Notes under the pieces: model-generated | What the model saw: only the letters and a program-made list of their open reading frames with translations | Databases searched by the model: none | What the model was told of the DNA's origin: nothing | Made by a program: the position numbers and the translations under genes | Shown: positions 26,519 to 39,681 of the stretch, piece after piece | Numbering within the stretch: the first letter of the stretch is position 1 | Layout of the letters: each line of letters opens with the position of its first letter | From: Eledone cirrhosa | Taxonomy: Eukaryota | Direction: 5' to 3' | Length of the DNA: 64,000 bases | NCBI GenBank assembly: GCA_964016885.1 | Contig: OZ024746.1 | Span: forward strand, 41,354,001-41,418,000

Positions 26519-26947
26519 GTGATGATATTCAATTCTGTTGTGTTGTTATTTTTTACGATGATAATTGAATATCTTGTTGCTATCGATATTGTTGGTTGTT
26601 GCTAATTTTGGGGTTGATGTTATTCAATTCTGCTGCTGCTGTTGTTGTTGTTGGTGGTGTTGTTGTTGGTGGTGGTGTTGGTGGTGGTGTTGGTGGTGGT
26701 GGTGTTGGTGGTGGTGTTGGTGGTGGTGGTGTTGTTGATTCTAATTTCAGTGATGATATTCAATTTTGTTGTTAATGTTCTGCTGTTGCTATTTTTGATG
26801 ATGATATCCAATGCTGTTGTTGTTGTTGGTGGTGGTGGTGGGGGTTCTGCTATTTTTGGTGATAATAATAATAATAATAATAATTGTTTCTACTTTTGGC
26901 ACAAGGCCAGCAATTACCCAGTGTATTACTGGTACTTTATTTTATCG

Positions 26948-27340
26948 ATAATAATAATAATAATGAAATATTGTGTACAGTGCTCAGGTGCACTACAACT
27001 CATCAAAAAGTGTATGTATAGTACATAGGGTAATGTACAAACATCAGGAAAATGAACAGTGCATGAGTCATGATACACACATGTGTGCATGTGTATGGAA
27101 GGGGTACATCAGGTGTAGTTTTGGCGTATTTCGGGAAGCATGAGTGTCTTAAAGGATGTAGTGTGTTCCATGCTTCAGCAACTCTGAGCATGAAAAAATG
27201 TCTACGAAAGTCATGGGAGCTGTGCTGTTTTCTGACTTTGTAGGCATGTCCACGTGTGTTAGACACATGGAGATCAAAAAGGTGCTCAGGGTTGCAATTG
27301 GCGAGATGGTTAATAACTTTGTGGGTATTCACCAAGTCCA
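26948..27340 (-). mobile_element. CR1/Jockey-group LINE 3' fragment
   Basis: DLVNTHKVINHL...SNTRGHAYKVRKQH...RRHFFMLRVAEAWNTL matches the TRGH..K / FF..RV...WN.L C-terminal motif. (ATT)n tail. Confidence 0.85.
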
Positions 27341-27581
27341 TAATATTTCTAAATTTTATTGCTGCTGATATTGCTGTGATATTGTTCAATAATGTTTAGG
27401 GTGGTGGATTGGCAGAGGAATTTGAGTGTTGGACAAAATGTTTTGTAGTATTTAGTTACAGCCCTTCATGTTCTGAGTGCAAATGCCACCGAGGTCAACT
27501 TTGCCCCTTTAATCCTTCCATGGTAGATAAAATAAAATATCAGTCAAATACTGGTGTCAATTTAATCAACTTGACCACCCC

Positions 27582-27802
27582 TAAACCCTTTAACATTTAA
27601 ACTGGCCATATCCAACCAGAAAATTCCCTCACATCTTTCTGTTTAAACTGGCCACTCATACTGATGTTAAGGTATTGTTCTCAAAATAAATAGCATCAAA
27701 GTCTCGTAGATTCAATATTATGTGAGATAATTATGTACAATAAAGCCTTTACCACAAAAATACAATAGTAAATATAGAGTAATGTAAATACTAAAGGGTT
27801 AA
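27582..27802. mobile_element. MITE family A copy
   Basis: Reads aaccctttaacattt...aaatactaaagggttaa. Confidence 0.75.
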
Positions 27803-29823
27803 ATTGCTGGTCTTGAGCCTAAATAAGAAACAATTATTCAATACTGTTGTTGTTATTGTAGTTGTTTTCTTGTTGGTGTTGCTATTTTTTGGATGATGAT
27901 ATTCTGTTCTGTTGTTGCTATTGCTGTTGTTTTATGGTGTTGCTATTTTGGGATGATATTATTCAATACTGTTGTTGCTATTGTAGTTGTTTTGTTTTTG
28001 GTGTCTTTTATACAAGCGATGTTCCTATTAACTACCCCGACAGATTACTACCGATACATGTAATACTATTGCTATAGCTGTTATCGTACTGTTGAGGTGT
28101 TTAATTTGTTGCTGGTGTCAGTTGGACTCTAGTTTGTAATGCTAAAGAATTGATAGCACTATTATTGCTGTTGATATTGCTATTAATCAATTGGTTGGCA
28201 TACGAACAATATTTATTATATATTGGTGGCAAATGATGTAAAAGTAAGCTTTTACCAAGTTTAGTTAAAGATCCAGTTTCAATTCCCTGTTGTTGCCCTT
28301 TCACTTTACTTATGTCACTAATACCCTTGAGAAAGACATGAATGTAACACCCTCTCATTTCTCTTTCTATAAAGTTTCAGACTTTGTGTCTTAGTAAGAA
28401 GGAACAGTATATGATATTGATAATGTTAGAATGTAAATATTTCCAGTAATCTGACATATATCTTACAGTCACCCAGTATTTTATAAATAAAATAGAAGTG
28501 TTGTGAAAGACATGGTAGAGAGGTGAATTGGCAGAAGTATTAGAGTGTTGACTGAAATTCCTTGTGGGATTTATTCTGGCTCCTTACAATCTGAGTTCGA
28601 ATCCCACTGAGGTTAACTGTGTCTTTCTTCTTTCTGGCGTTGATAAATAAAATACTAGTCTAGGATGGTAGACTGGCAGAATTATTAGAATGTTGAACTG
28701 GATGCCTTACAGTAATTATTTTGCTTCTTTACATTTTGTGTTTAAATGCCACCACCTGCCTCTTGAGTGCTTTTAGCAGAATCCATTCTGCTGCAAGTAT
28801 TCAGACCAGTTCCCTGGTTTGAGGATACTTTTCTCTTTCCTTTACACCAGTCTTAGAGATCTGAAAATGTTCATGGTACTGTCTTTCCCTCTTGACTAAG
28901 TGATAATAAAAAAGTCCACTTTAGTTCCAACCTTTTTATATTTTGAGTTAAAATCTTATTGATGCTGACCTGTGATCTTTTGCCTCCCAAGTTTAATCAA
29001 ATAAGTACCCATTCAATAGATCCTCTGTATGGCCACTCAACCATCTCAAAATAATAATCAAATCTTCCTTGAATTGCACCCTACCATATTAAATAAAGAA
29101 AAGGACTATTGAATAACATAGTCATGCATTTTTCTAAAATGCCAGGGTGTTTCCAGCTTGAATGCCTTTCATTATAGGTCTGCTGGATATCAGGCATGAT
29201 CTTGGATTTAAAAAAATTATAAATAAGTACCAGTTATATGATGGTTGAAAGCAACCAAATATAAATCTTCTACTTCAACAAGTGTGTAGCCTTCCTGCTA
29301 CTGCAAGAAATCAATATTTATAAGTAGACAATATATATCTGTCACATAGCTTCATAATATTGTGACTATATTTATAAATAGGTCAAAATATATGATACAT
29401 TGATACACAGATCAAAAGGATGTACAAATATATTTTTAAGAGGTGTAGGCATGAGGGAGGACTGTGACTACTGCTTAAATTATATTTTATTCACACAGAG
29501 CGAACACTTTTGTAGTATTTGGTATCACGACAGTTGTGTATATAAATTGTGTATATAAATTAAATTAAGTTGTGTATAGAGTCGTAATAGTTGTGTACAT
29601 ATATTTTGTATTAGGTTTATCATCATCATCATCGTTTTTATCTCGACTTTTCCATACTAGCATGGGTTTGATGAGACTTTTTGAGGCAATGTTTTACAGC
29701 CAGATGCCCTTTCTGAAATTAACCCTTTAGTCAATTCTTACTACATGCAGTGATATAGTGTACCTATTCTAAACTGGGTATACATACATACATACATATA
29801 TACATACATACATGCATACATAC

Positions 29824-29868
<45 letters not shown>

Positions 29869-29870
29869 TA

Positions 29871-29962
29871 TATGGAAGAGTCAGGACCCTGATGGCTGAG
29901 TTCTTGCCATTTCAACAGCTAGTTCCAGTCTGAGCTCAGCTGTTAGGGTCATGACTTCCATA
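29871..29962. mobile_element. Diverged fold-back relative of the 14.4/59.4 kb Penelope-like repeat
   Basis: gaccctgatggctgagttcttgccatttcaacagctagttc aligns to gaccccgacagctgagctcaagccatttcgacggctaattc. Ends tatggaag...cttccata are inverted. Lies in (TA)n. Confidence 0.6.
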
Positions 29963-29965
29963 TTG

Positions 29966-30047
<82 letters not shown>

Positions 30048-30119
30048 TAAATAGTACATAAAACTGTGAAAGTTGTGTACATAAAATTTGTATTGGGTTT
30101 TGTAAAGAATAGTGATAGT

Positions 30120-30190
<71 letters not shown>

Positions 30191-30942
30191 AATTAGGTCA
30201 TACATAGAACTGTGATAGTTGTTTATAAACTATATATAAAAAATAAGGAAAGGACCAAAATAAATGTTATGGTGATAATATTATATATGAATAAGCCAAA
30301 ATAAGCATAATGCTGATAAGGTTCTCACAATATTTATAGATATATTTTAAAAACCTTTCTTACCATCTTTCTTCTTATTTAACTGGTGTTTGGAACATAA
30401 CTTACAAAAGTTTTGTATAAAATTATTGCGATTGGAGCTTTTTTTAGATAAATATAAATACTTTAAAATAAACAGCTTCTTTTTTCTTTTTTTAATTATT
30501 GTGCAAGCGCAACTGGATGCTTCAATAAGCAAAACTTATAATATAATATAATATAATATAATATATATATATATATATATATATTGTGAATTAGAGTTCC
30601 CACCCAGAATGTTCTGTAGCCACCCCCATCCCTTCCGAGCATCAAAACCTGGTGAATAGCTCGCTGATAGGTTTCTTGTCAAACTCAGCAGTGAAAATCT
30701 ATGGTATCCTGGAACCTGGACCACATCCCTACTCACTTTGATTTGGATAGAATATTCACAAGAATACTAGACTAGTTCTTTTGGTACATCTCCCTCACCT
30801 TCATTGCAACATATTCATCATTTTGTCCACAGAGGCCATGAAACATTTGTGTGAGGCACTATGGTTTCTTTTATTTATTGTATTCACAAAATAAACATTT
30901 TTTAAATATTAAAAAAGAAAAAAAATGAGAAAACAGTCAGAT

Positions 30943-31170
30943 AATGTTGTAACAGTGATGGTGTCACAACATATATAATTAAACCCGATTATGCTGTAAC
31001 AGTGATAGTGTCACAACATATATAATTAAACCTAATTATGCTGTAACAGCAATGCTGTCACAACATATAAAACCAGATTAAATTGTAACTGATGATGATG
31101 CACCCTATATAAAAAGGTCAGAATATGTAGTGTCTGATAACGTTGCCACAATATCTATAATTAAGCCAGA
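30943..31170. repeat. ~46-bp degenerate minisatellite
   Basis: atgctgtaacagtgatagtgtcacaacatatataattaaacc unit, 3 clear copies plus decayed ones. Confidence 0.75.
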
Positions 31171-32257
31171 ATATGACACACTTATAATGTCATAATATTT
31201 ATGAATATTTCATATTTAACCCTTTAGCATTTACATTACTCTATATCTACTATTGTATTTTTGTGGTAAAGGCTTTAACTAACATAATATCTCACATAAT
31301 ATCGAATCTATGAGATTTTGATATTATTTATTTTGAGAACAATACCTTAACATCAGTATAAGTGGCTAGTTATGATCAGTTTGAACAGAAAGAGGTGAAA
31401 GAATTCTGGCCGGATACGGCCGGTTTAAAGAATATATTGTAACAGTGATAATATTGTCATGATATTGATAAAAAGCAAAATAGTCCAGAGTATGTTGTCA
31501 TAGTATTTATAAATAGTCCAGAATACTGGAGTATTTATAGATATACCTTAATATTTCGTGAAACACTACATTGGCAATTGACGTCGTTCTCGTGAATAGC
31601 AAAATAACCATAAAAAACCGCTTGAAAACGACTTAGGAAATTTAAATAAAAATTTAATCCCCAAGAAAGGAAACCACAACATTATCCTCTGAAAGTTCCT
31701 TAAACCCCGAAGAAGGGACTTTTAGGTCCTGGAATATTGGACAGAAGAAAGAACAGCAACAACAAAAAACAAAAAGATTACCAGGTAACTTACTTTTTTG
31801 TTACCTCATCTTACAGTCTATCTTACAGCTATTGTTACCATAATCTTAATGCAACAGAGTTACCATATGTCGGGGGAAAACTTCTGCTGCAATTACTAAG
31901 TACTATCACTGATGCTTCTATATCAAGTTTGTACTGATGAACAACAGTGATACAATATTTCCAGTTGCTCGTACTACAACTGCTGCATCAAATTTCAATC
32001 CTCTGCCAACTTTAATTATTGTTGTTATTCTCCGGATGAGCTGAGGTCTGCCACCTTTGTTTCAATTCCTCATTTGAGCTATTTCTATTTATTTTTGTTG
32101 CTTACTAAATTAAATTGACTGGTGCCTAATCTGGGATTCAATGTCAAATGGATGTTTACGTTTATTGATGTGTGAGAATAAAAACATCATCATCATCATT
32201 TAACATCCATTTTCCTTGCTAGCATGTTATATATATATATATATATATATATGTGTT

Positions 32258-32360
<103 letters not shown>

Positions 32361-32477
32361 CGTGGAAGATGGATGTTAAACAATGATGATGATGATGATG
32401 ATGATATATATGTATACATATATATCATCAGTACAATGAAGATATATATTAATTTAATGCTTGATATAATAGGAAAA

Positions 32478-32895
32478 GTGACTGCAGATAACATGTGTAA
32501 GCTGGAGTGAAATGAAGCAACCATGCTTCGTTGGATGTGCAATGGAGAGAATGGCAGAGTTTGGATGAACTAAAGTAGAAACTGGGTTTAAGAGGAATCG
32601 GAAGTGGTGTGCAAGAGAAAAGACTGCATTGGTAGAGACATGTGATGCACATGGATGGTGATTGCTGGGTGAAAACGTGCCAGGAAATTCCAGAAGAAGG
32701 AAGCTGCAGTTGAGGAAGACCACAGAAGATCTGAGAAAATGTAGTGAGAGCTGATCTCAAATTGCTGAAACTCACAGAGCAGATGATGATGGAATGCAAT
32801 GAGTAGATAGATACTGTGTTGAAAAGGACCTATCCAACCCATGGAAGTATGGAAAAATGGACATAAAAATGACGATGATAATGATGATGATTATG
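32478..32895 (+). mobile_element. Old RTE LINE 3' fragment
   Basis: Matches the 8700-9100 region (gagaaaagactgcattgg...catgtgatg...gaagaccacagaagatctg). (GAT)n tail. Confidence 0.8.
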
Positions 32896-32909
32896 ATGTG
32901 TATGTGTGA

Positions 32910-32964
<55 letters not shown>

Positions 32965-33032
32965 CCTAAAAACATTTTTTTTTTCCAATTCCACCCCGCC
33001 CGTCCCTTCAATCTTTCTAATTTCTCATTCTT

Positions 33033-33068
33033 TCTTCTGATGAAGGACTAGCGTCCGAAACATTAAGA
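33033..33068 (+). ncRNA. Minimal type I hammerhead-ribozyme motif (decayed) in a TA-flanked Penelope-like repeat; second copy 57123-57156
   Basis: tctt CTGATGA a GGAC tagc GTCC GAAA catt aaga gives the core, 4-bp stem II and 4-bp stem I. The paralogue reads ctt CTGATGA aggactagtgtct GGAA c ATC aag. Confidence 0.6.
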
Positions 33069-33165
33069 CCCTCTTCCTGCTATTTCAAGCATTAGCCTAA
33101 TATATTCCTTCCATATACTGTACTGATTATGTTGTTATTTCTGTTTACCTTTTACATACATATAT

Positions 33166-33940
33166 ATCATCATCACTGTTTTATGTCCATTCTTACATGC
33201 TAGCATGGGTTAGACGCATTGTCCTGTTGTGGGCAGTGTCCAGTCGGCTGACCTTGTCTTGCTCATACGGGAACTGATTCTGGCTTGATTTCTACAGCTG
33301 GATGTCCTTCCTAACACCAACCTCATTTACAGTGAGTGCAGGTTGCTTTTTTTCTGTGGCGCCTACATGACCACTTTACAGTGTGGACTGGGTGCTTTTT
33401 TGCCATGGCACCTCAAACTTTGCAGTGGAAGGGGGTGGGAGCATATTGTTTATATGCTTCAGCTTCGGCTTGTACCAGTAGGAAGTCGGGTCTTCTGTAT
33501 TACTGTGTGACGCCAGAGATCGCGGTCCTGTGTCACCGCCTTTGAGAGTTGCAATTGGGTAAGGTCGGCTTTTATCACCTCATCCCAGGTCTTCTTGGGT
33601 CTCCCCACTCCACAGCTTCCTTCGACTTCTAGTGCTCTGCACCTTTTTATGTAGCTGTCATCCTTCATACACATCACATGTCCATACCAATGCAACCTCT
33701 TCTCCTGCACACAGCATTTGATTCCTCTTATGCTCAGTCTCTCTCTCAATTCGTTTATGCTTTGCTGTTCATGTATATTACTATTACACATCCACTGGAG
33801 CATGCAAGCTTCATTTCTTTCTAATCTATGCAAGTCTTCTACACACAATGCCCAGGTCTCACTACCATGTAACATTGCTGTTCGTATGCACACATCATAC
33901 AGTGTGCCTTTCATTTTGAGGGAAAGCCTTTTGCAGCTAG
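33166..33940 (-). mobile_element. RTE LINE 3' fragment, intermediate-age subfamily
   Basis: Open frame LSLKMKGTLYDVCIRTAMLHGSETW...KRLHWYGHVM...GRPKKTWDE, followed by 3' UTR and (GAT)n tail. Confidence 0.9.
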
Positions 33941-35543
33941 CAGTGGTAGTAGCAATATATATATATATATATACAGCAAAAATATTCACTAAATCGTTGG
34001 TTACTCTCATTACACACTCAATCAAACAAGATTTGAACATATAACTGTGCAAAGCTGTACCCAAAGTGCTTACAATACGTTATACATAATGGGTGTGGTT
34101 GCAGGTGGATCTCCTGGACCAAGAGATCTAATGGCTTCTGCAAGTATAGACTGATTTGATAAGTGCATCTGTATATGTATGTGTGCATATATACATATAC
34201 ACATACATATATCTATCATCATCATCAGCGTTTTAATTCTATTTTCCATGTTTGAATGAATTGGATGGTTTGTCAAATTCTGAGAACAGACAGGTCAGAT
34301 GACTGCATATCTCTCATACATTCCATTTGGGGGTTGTTTTCTATAGCTGGGGTCCTTCTTAATGCCAAACACTTCACGGCATGTACTGGGTGCATTTTAA
34401 CAGGGCACCAGCACTACCATCTGACATAGTGGACTGCGTACATTTCATCATGGCACCACCACTACCACTTGACAAGGTGGACTGAGTGTATTTTATTGTG
34501 GCACCAGCACTATGATCTAATGAGGTGGACTGGGTACATTTTATCATTGCACCAGCACTGCCATGTTTCAACAATAGGGGACTTGTGTCCTCAGCTAGGC
34601 TGGTGAGGCAGTAATATAATGTATGAGGTAGTAGGCTACATGAAGCTTGTTGAACAGGAGGGTGAGAGGGACAGATGGCTTTAAAAAATGAAATCAGGTG
34701 ATACATTGTGGGGGGAAGAGGTCAGTCGAGAGAAAGTGTAACTGACAGAGGGGGCGAAAGAAGGTGAGAGAAACAGAGAGAGCGGGGAAGCAGTAAGAGA
34801 GAAACAGACAAACGCAGCCGAGGTAAATATATATAAAAAACATGAGAAGAAAGAATACTGTGTGGTTGCACATGGGTTACATATGATAAAAATAGTCCTT
34901 CGTCAGTGATTTTCCAACCTTCATTGGTATTTCATCCGGTTGGTATATATATATATAAAACCAATGAATAAGATGATGATGATGAGAATCATGATGATAA
35001 TGATAATGATGATGATGATGATAATAGTGATGATAAAATGATGATGATGATAGTGATAAAGATGAGCAGATGTAAAAGGGAGATGTGTGGGGGAGTAGGA
35101 GGAAGAGATGTAGTGGTCAGAAAGGCAGTGAGGATTGTCATCCATGACAACAACAATAATGGACATCCTTGACAACTTGTATTGACAGCAACAGTGACAA
35201 TGACATTGACAATGACAACAACAACAACAAAAATAGTGTCAACTATGCCAAAACCAACAATGCCCACAACGTCAAGATCAAACAAAGACAATTGACAGCC
35301 TGCTAAAGCAATGTCAGTCTGAAATCCAATATTTACATTTTATATGTATTCTAAGATCTTATGTTACACAGTACTTTTATGGTTGCATATGGTAAATGTT
35401 GCACTTAACACTTACACTTGCAAAGTGTTTGCTTTACACTAGGCTTCTTCTGTCTACTCTGTTTTATGTTCTATATTCAAATTCTATATTCCTTATTATA
35501 TGTCTTGATTATGTTTTATGTTCTATGTTCTATATTCCAATTC

Positions 35544-37985
35544 TCTGTTCTATATTCTATGTCTTGTCTAGGTTCTATGTTCTCTGTCTTATGTTCTCTG
35601 TTCTATATTCTATGTCTTGTCTAGGTTCTATGTTCTCTGTCTTATGTTCTATGTTCTATATTCTATGTCTTGTCTAGGTTCTATGTTCTCTGTCTTATGT
35701 TCTATGTTCTATATTCTATGTCTTGTCTAGGTTCTATGTTCTCTGTCTTATGTTCTATGTTCTATATTCTACGGCTTGTCTAGGTTCTATGTTCTCTGTC
35801 TTATGTTCTATGTTCTATATTCTATGTCTTGTCTAGGTTCTATGTTCTCTGTCTTATGTTCTCTGTTCTATATTCTATGTCTTGTCTATGTTCTATGTTC
35901 TCTGTCTTATGTTCTCTGTTCTATATTCTATGTCTTGTCTATGTTCTATGTTCTCTGTCTTATGTTCTATGTTCTATATTCTATGTCTTGTCTAGGTTCT
36001 ATGTTCTCTGTCTTATGTTCTCTGTTCTATATTCTATGTCTTGTCTATGTTCTTTGTTCTCTGTCTTATGTTCTCTGTTCTATATTCTATGTCTTGTCTA
36101 GGTTCTATGTTCTCTGTCTTATGTTCTATGTTCTATATTCTATGTCTTGTCTAGGTTCTATGTTCTCTGTTCTATGTTCTATATTCTATGTCTTGTCTAG
36201 GTTCTATGTTCTCTGTCTTATGTTCTATGTTCTATATTCTATGTCTTGTCTATGTTCTATGTTCTCTGTCTTATGTTCTATGTTCTATATTCTATGTCTT
36301 GTCTAGGTTCTATGTTCTCTGTCTTATGTTCTATGTTCTATATTCTATGTCTTGTCTATGTTCTATGTTCTCTGTCTTATGTTCTATGTTCTATATTCTA
36401 TGTCTTGTCTATGTTCTATGTTCTCTGTCTTATGTTCTCTGTTCTATATTCTATGTCTTGTCTAGGTTCTATGTTCTCTGTCTTATGTTCTATGTTCTAT
36501 ATTCTATGTCTTGTCTATGTTCTATGTTCTCTGTCTTATGTTCTATGTTCTATATTCTATGTCTTGTCTAGGTTCTATGTTCTCTGTTTTATGTTCTATG
36601 TTCTATATTCTATGTCTTGTCTAGGTTCTATGTTCTCTGTCTTATGTTCTATGTTCTATATTCTATGTCTTGTCTATGTTCTATGTTCTCTGTCTTATGT
36701 TCTATGTTCTATATTCTATGTCTTGTCTATGTTCTATGTTCTCTGTCTTATGTTCTATGTTCTATATTCTATGTCTTGTCTAGGTTCTATGTTCTCTGTC
36801 TTATGTTCTATGTTCTATATTCTATGTCTTGTCTAGGTTCTATGTTCTCTGTCTTATGTTCTATGTTCTATATTCTATGTCTTGTCTATGTTCTATGTTC
36901 TCTGTCTTATGTTCTATGTTCTATATTCTATGTCTTGTCTAGGTTCTATGTTCTCTGTCTTATGTTCTATGTTCTATATTCTATGTCTTGTCTATGTTCT
37001 ATGTTCTCTGTCTTATGTTCTATGTTCTATATTCTATGTCTTGTCTATGTTCTATGTTCTCTGTCTTATGTTCTATGTTCTATATTCTATGTCTTGTCTA
37101 GGTTCTATGTTCTCTGTCTTATGTTCTATGTTCTATATTCTATGTCTTGTCTAGGTTCTATGTTCTCTGTCTTATGTTCTATGTTCTATATTCTATGTCT
37201 TGTCTATGTTCTATGTTCTCTGTCTTATGTTTTATGTTCTATATTCTATGTCTTGTCTATGTTCTATGTTCTCTGTCTTATGTTCTATGTTCTATATTCT
37301 ATGTCTTGTCTATGTTCTATGTTCTCTGTCTTATGTTCTATGTTCTATATTCTATGTCTTGTCTAGGTTCTATGTTCTCTGTCTTATGTTCTATGTTCTA
37401 TATTCTATGCCTTGTCTAGGTTCTATGTTCTCTGTCTTATGTTCTATGTTCTATATTCTATGTCTTGTCTAGGTTCTATGTTCTCTGTCTTATGTTCTAT
37501 GTTCTATATTCTATGTCTTGTCTATGTTCTATGTTCTCTGTCTTATGTTCTATGTTCTATATTCTATGTCTTGTCTATGTTCTATGTTCTCTGTCTTATG
37601 TTCTATGTTCTATATTCTATGTCTTGTCTATGTTCTATGTTCTCTGTCTTATGTTCTATGTTCTATATTCTATGTCTTGTCTATGTTCTATGTTCTCTGT
37701 CTTATGTTCTATGTTCTATATTCTATGTCTTGTCTATGTTCTATGTTCTCTGTCTTATGTTCTATGTTCTATATTCTATGTCTTGTCTAGGTTCTATGTT
37801 CTCTGTCTTATGTTCTATGTTCTATATTCTATGTCTATGTTCTATATTCTATGTCTTGTCTAGGTTCTATGTTCTCTGTCTTATGTTCTATGTTCTATAT
37901 TCTATGTCTTGTCTATGTTCTATGTTCTCTGTCTTATGTTCTATGTTCTATATTCTATGTCTTGTCTAGGTTCTATGTTCTATGC
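35544..37985. repeat. 53-bp tandem satellite (~46 copies) built from TGTTCTA heptamers
   Basis: Unit tattctatgtcttgtcta(g/t)gttctatgttctctgtcttatgttctatgttcta. ORF ends at 37366/37419/37472 are 53 apart. Confidence 0.95.
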
Positions 37986-38326
37986 TCTATGTTCTATATT
38001 CAAATTCTCTGTTCTATAGTCCATCTCTTGTCTAGGTTCTATGTTCTTTGGTCTATGTTCTATATTGTATGTGTTGTGATACATTATTCCAGTTTTCCTT
38101 TCTGTCTGATTGTCTATTAGCTTGTATTTTTATCTCTCTGTCTCTCTATCTCTTCCTGTTATTTCTCATACAAGTGATGATATTCAGAGAAATTCAATAT
38201 AAAATGTTGTGAGTCATCCACTTTTGGTAATTTGTTTTATCTACTATTTGCTCTCTCTAGCAGTCCTGAATTCATCTCATGCTGAGTTGATGTGACATGG
38301 CTCAGTGTATAAGACAGTGTATAAGA

Positions 38327-38591
38327 CAATGTTTCTTAAAGAGAGTTTTGAAAAAATATCCTGGGATTCCATTACATAAGGTATGCTTTAATAACATTTT
38401 CAAAATATGTTCTTTTGTAAATTTGAATAAACTCCTTCTCTAAAACAAATTTTGTTTCATTTAATATCTTATTAGAATTAGTAATGAAATACAAGTATGG
38501 AATGTGTGATATTTTTGAAAATTATAAGAGTTGTGTGAATTAAGGAATATCATATAAGGGTTCCATGTTAAAATAAGTTTGGGATCCACTG
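38327..38591. mobile_element. Possible hAT/Charlie-like MITE
   Basis: Ends caatgtttcttaaa and gtttgggatccactg resemble CAGTGGTTCCCAAAC-type TIRs. Flanks gtataaga/ttataaag are a poorly matching 8-bp TSD. Confidence 0.45.
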
Positions 38592-38879
38592 TTATAAAGT
38601 ATTAGCTCAACTTCTCACTCATAGGTTTTGACTTCAAGTATCCTACTGGTACTGGACACAAACCATTGCTCTAAATTCCACCAGTTCACCTAGAGAATAA
38701 AGGACAGACCATCTTGAAATGTTATCTTACAGAAACTAACACCCTGTCAAGGGGAATAGATGTTTCGGGGTTCTGAATGTCTTGTGAGACTATGGATCTG
38801 CACCTGGTAATTTCCACTACATTGTGTAGGTCTGGGCAAAGTCTTTTTATTGAAGATCAGCAGCCATTCATGCATACAG

Positions 38880-39654
38880 GTCAACTCAGAACGTAAAGGG
38901 CCATAACTCTATGCTGAAAAGCATGGTGTCTGATGCTCTACCGATACTGCTAATTAACTGACCTTAGTGTCAATAATAATTGTTTCTACTTTTTGGCACA
39001 AGGCCAGCAATTACTCAGTATAATTACTGGTACTTTATTTTATCGACCCCGTAAGGATGAAAGGCAAAGTTAACCTCGGCGGGATTTGAACTCATTAGAG
39101 TCAATAATAATTGTTTCTACATTTGGCACAAGGCCAGCAATTATCCCAGTGTATTACTGGTGCTTTATTTTATCGAGTCAATAATAATTGTCTCTACTTT
39201 AGGCACAAGGCCAGCAATTACCCAGTGCATTACTGGTACTTTATTTTATCGACCCTGTAAGGATGAAAGGCAAAGTCAACCTCGGCAGGATTTGAACTCA
39301 GATCGTAAAGGGACGTAACTATGTTGGAAAGCATGGCGTCCGACCCTCTACTGATACTGCCAATACACCGAGTCAATAATAATGATTTCTAATTCAGTCA
39401 CAAGGCCAATGAGTTCAGGGAGGAGAAATTCAATTCAATTGATCCCAGTACTTGATTGGTACTTTATTTTATCTAACTCTGAAAGGATGAAAGTCAAAGT
39501 TGACTTCGGTGGGTTTGAACTCAGTATGTAAAGAGCCAGAATAAATAGAGCTAACAACAATTTCAACAATATCAGTAATGGTTTCTGATTTAGGCACAAG
39601 GCCAGAAAGTTTTTGGAGGAGAGGAAAGTCGATTAAATCGACCCCAGTGTGTTA
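38880..39654 (-). mobile_element. Tandem pile of dominant-family SINE copies
   Basis: At least 5 same-orientation copies, four of them preceded by gtcaataataat. Confidence 0.85.
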
Positions 39655-39681
39655 TCATCATCATTTTACGTCTGCTTTTTA

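Noticed and set aside
35544-37985. Hydrophobic repeat ORFs or CRISPR-like periodicity
   Set aside because: 53-bp unit not divisible by 3, no unique spacers, eukaryotic context.
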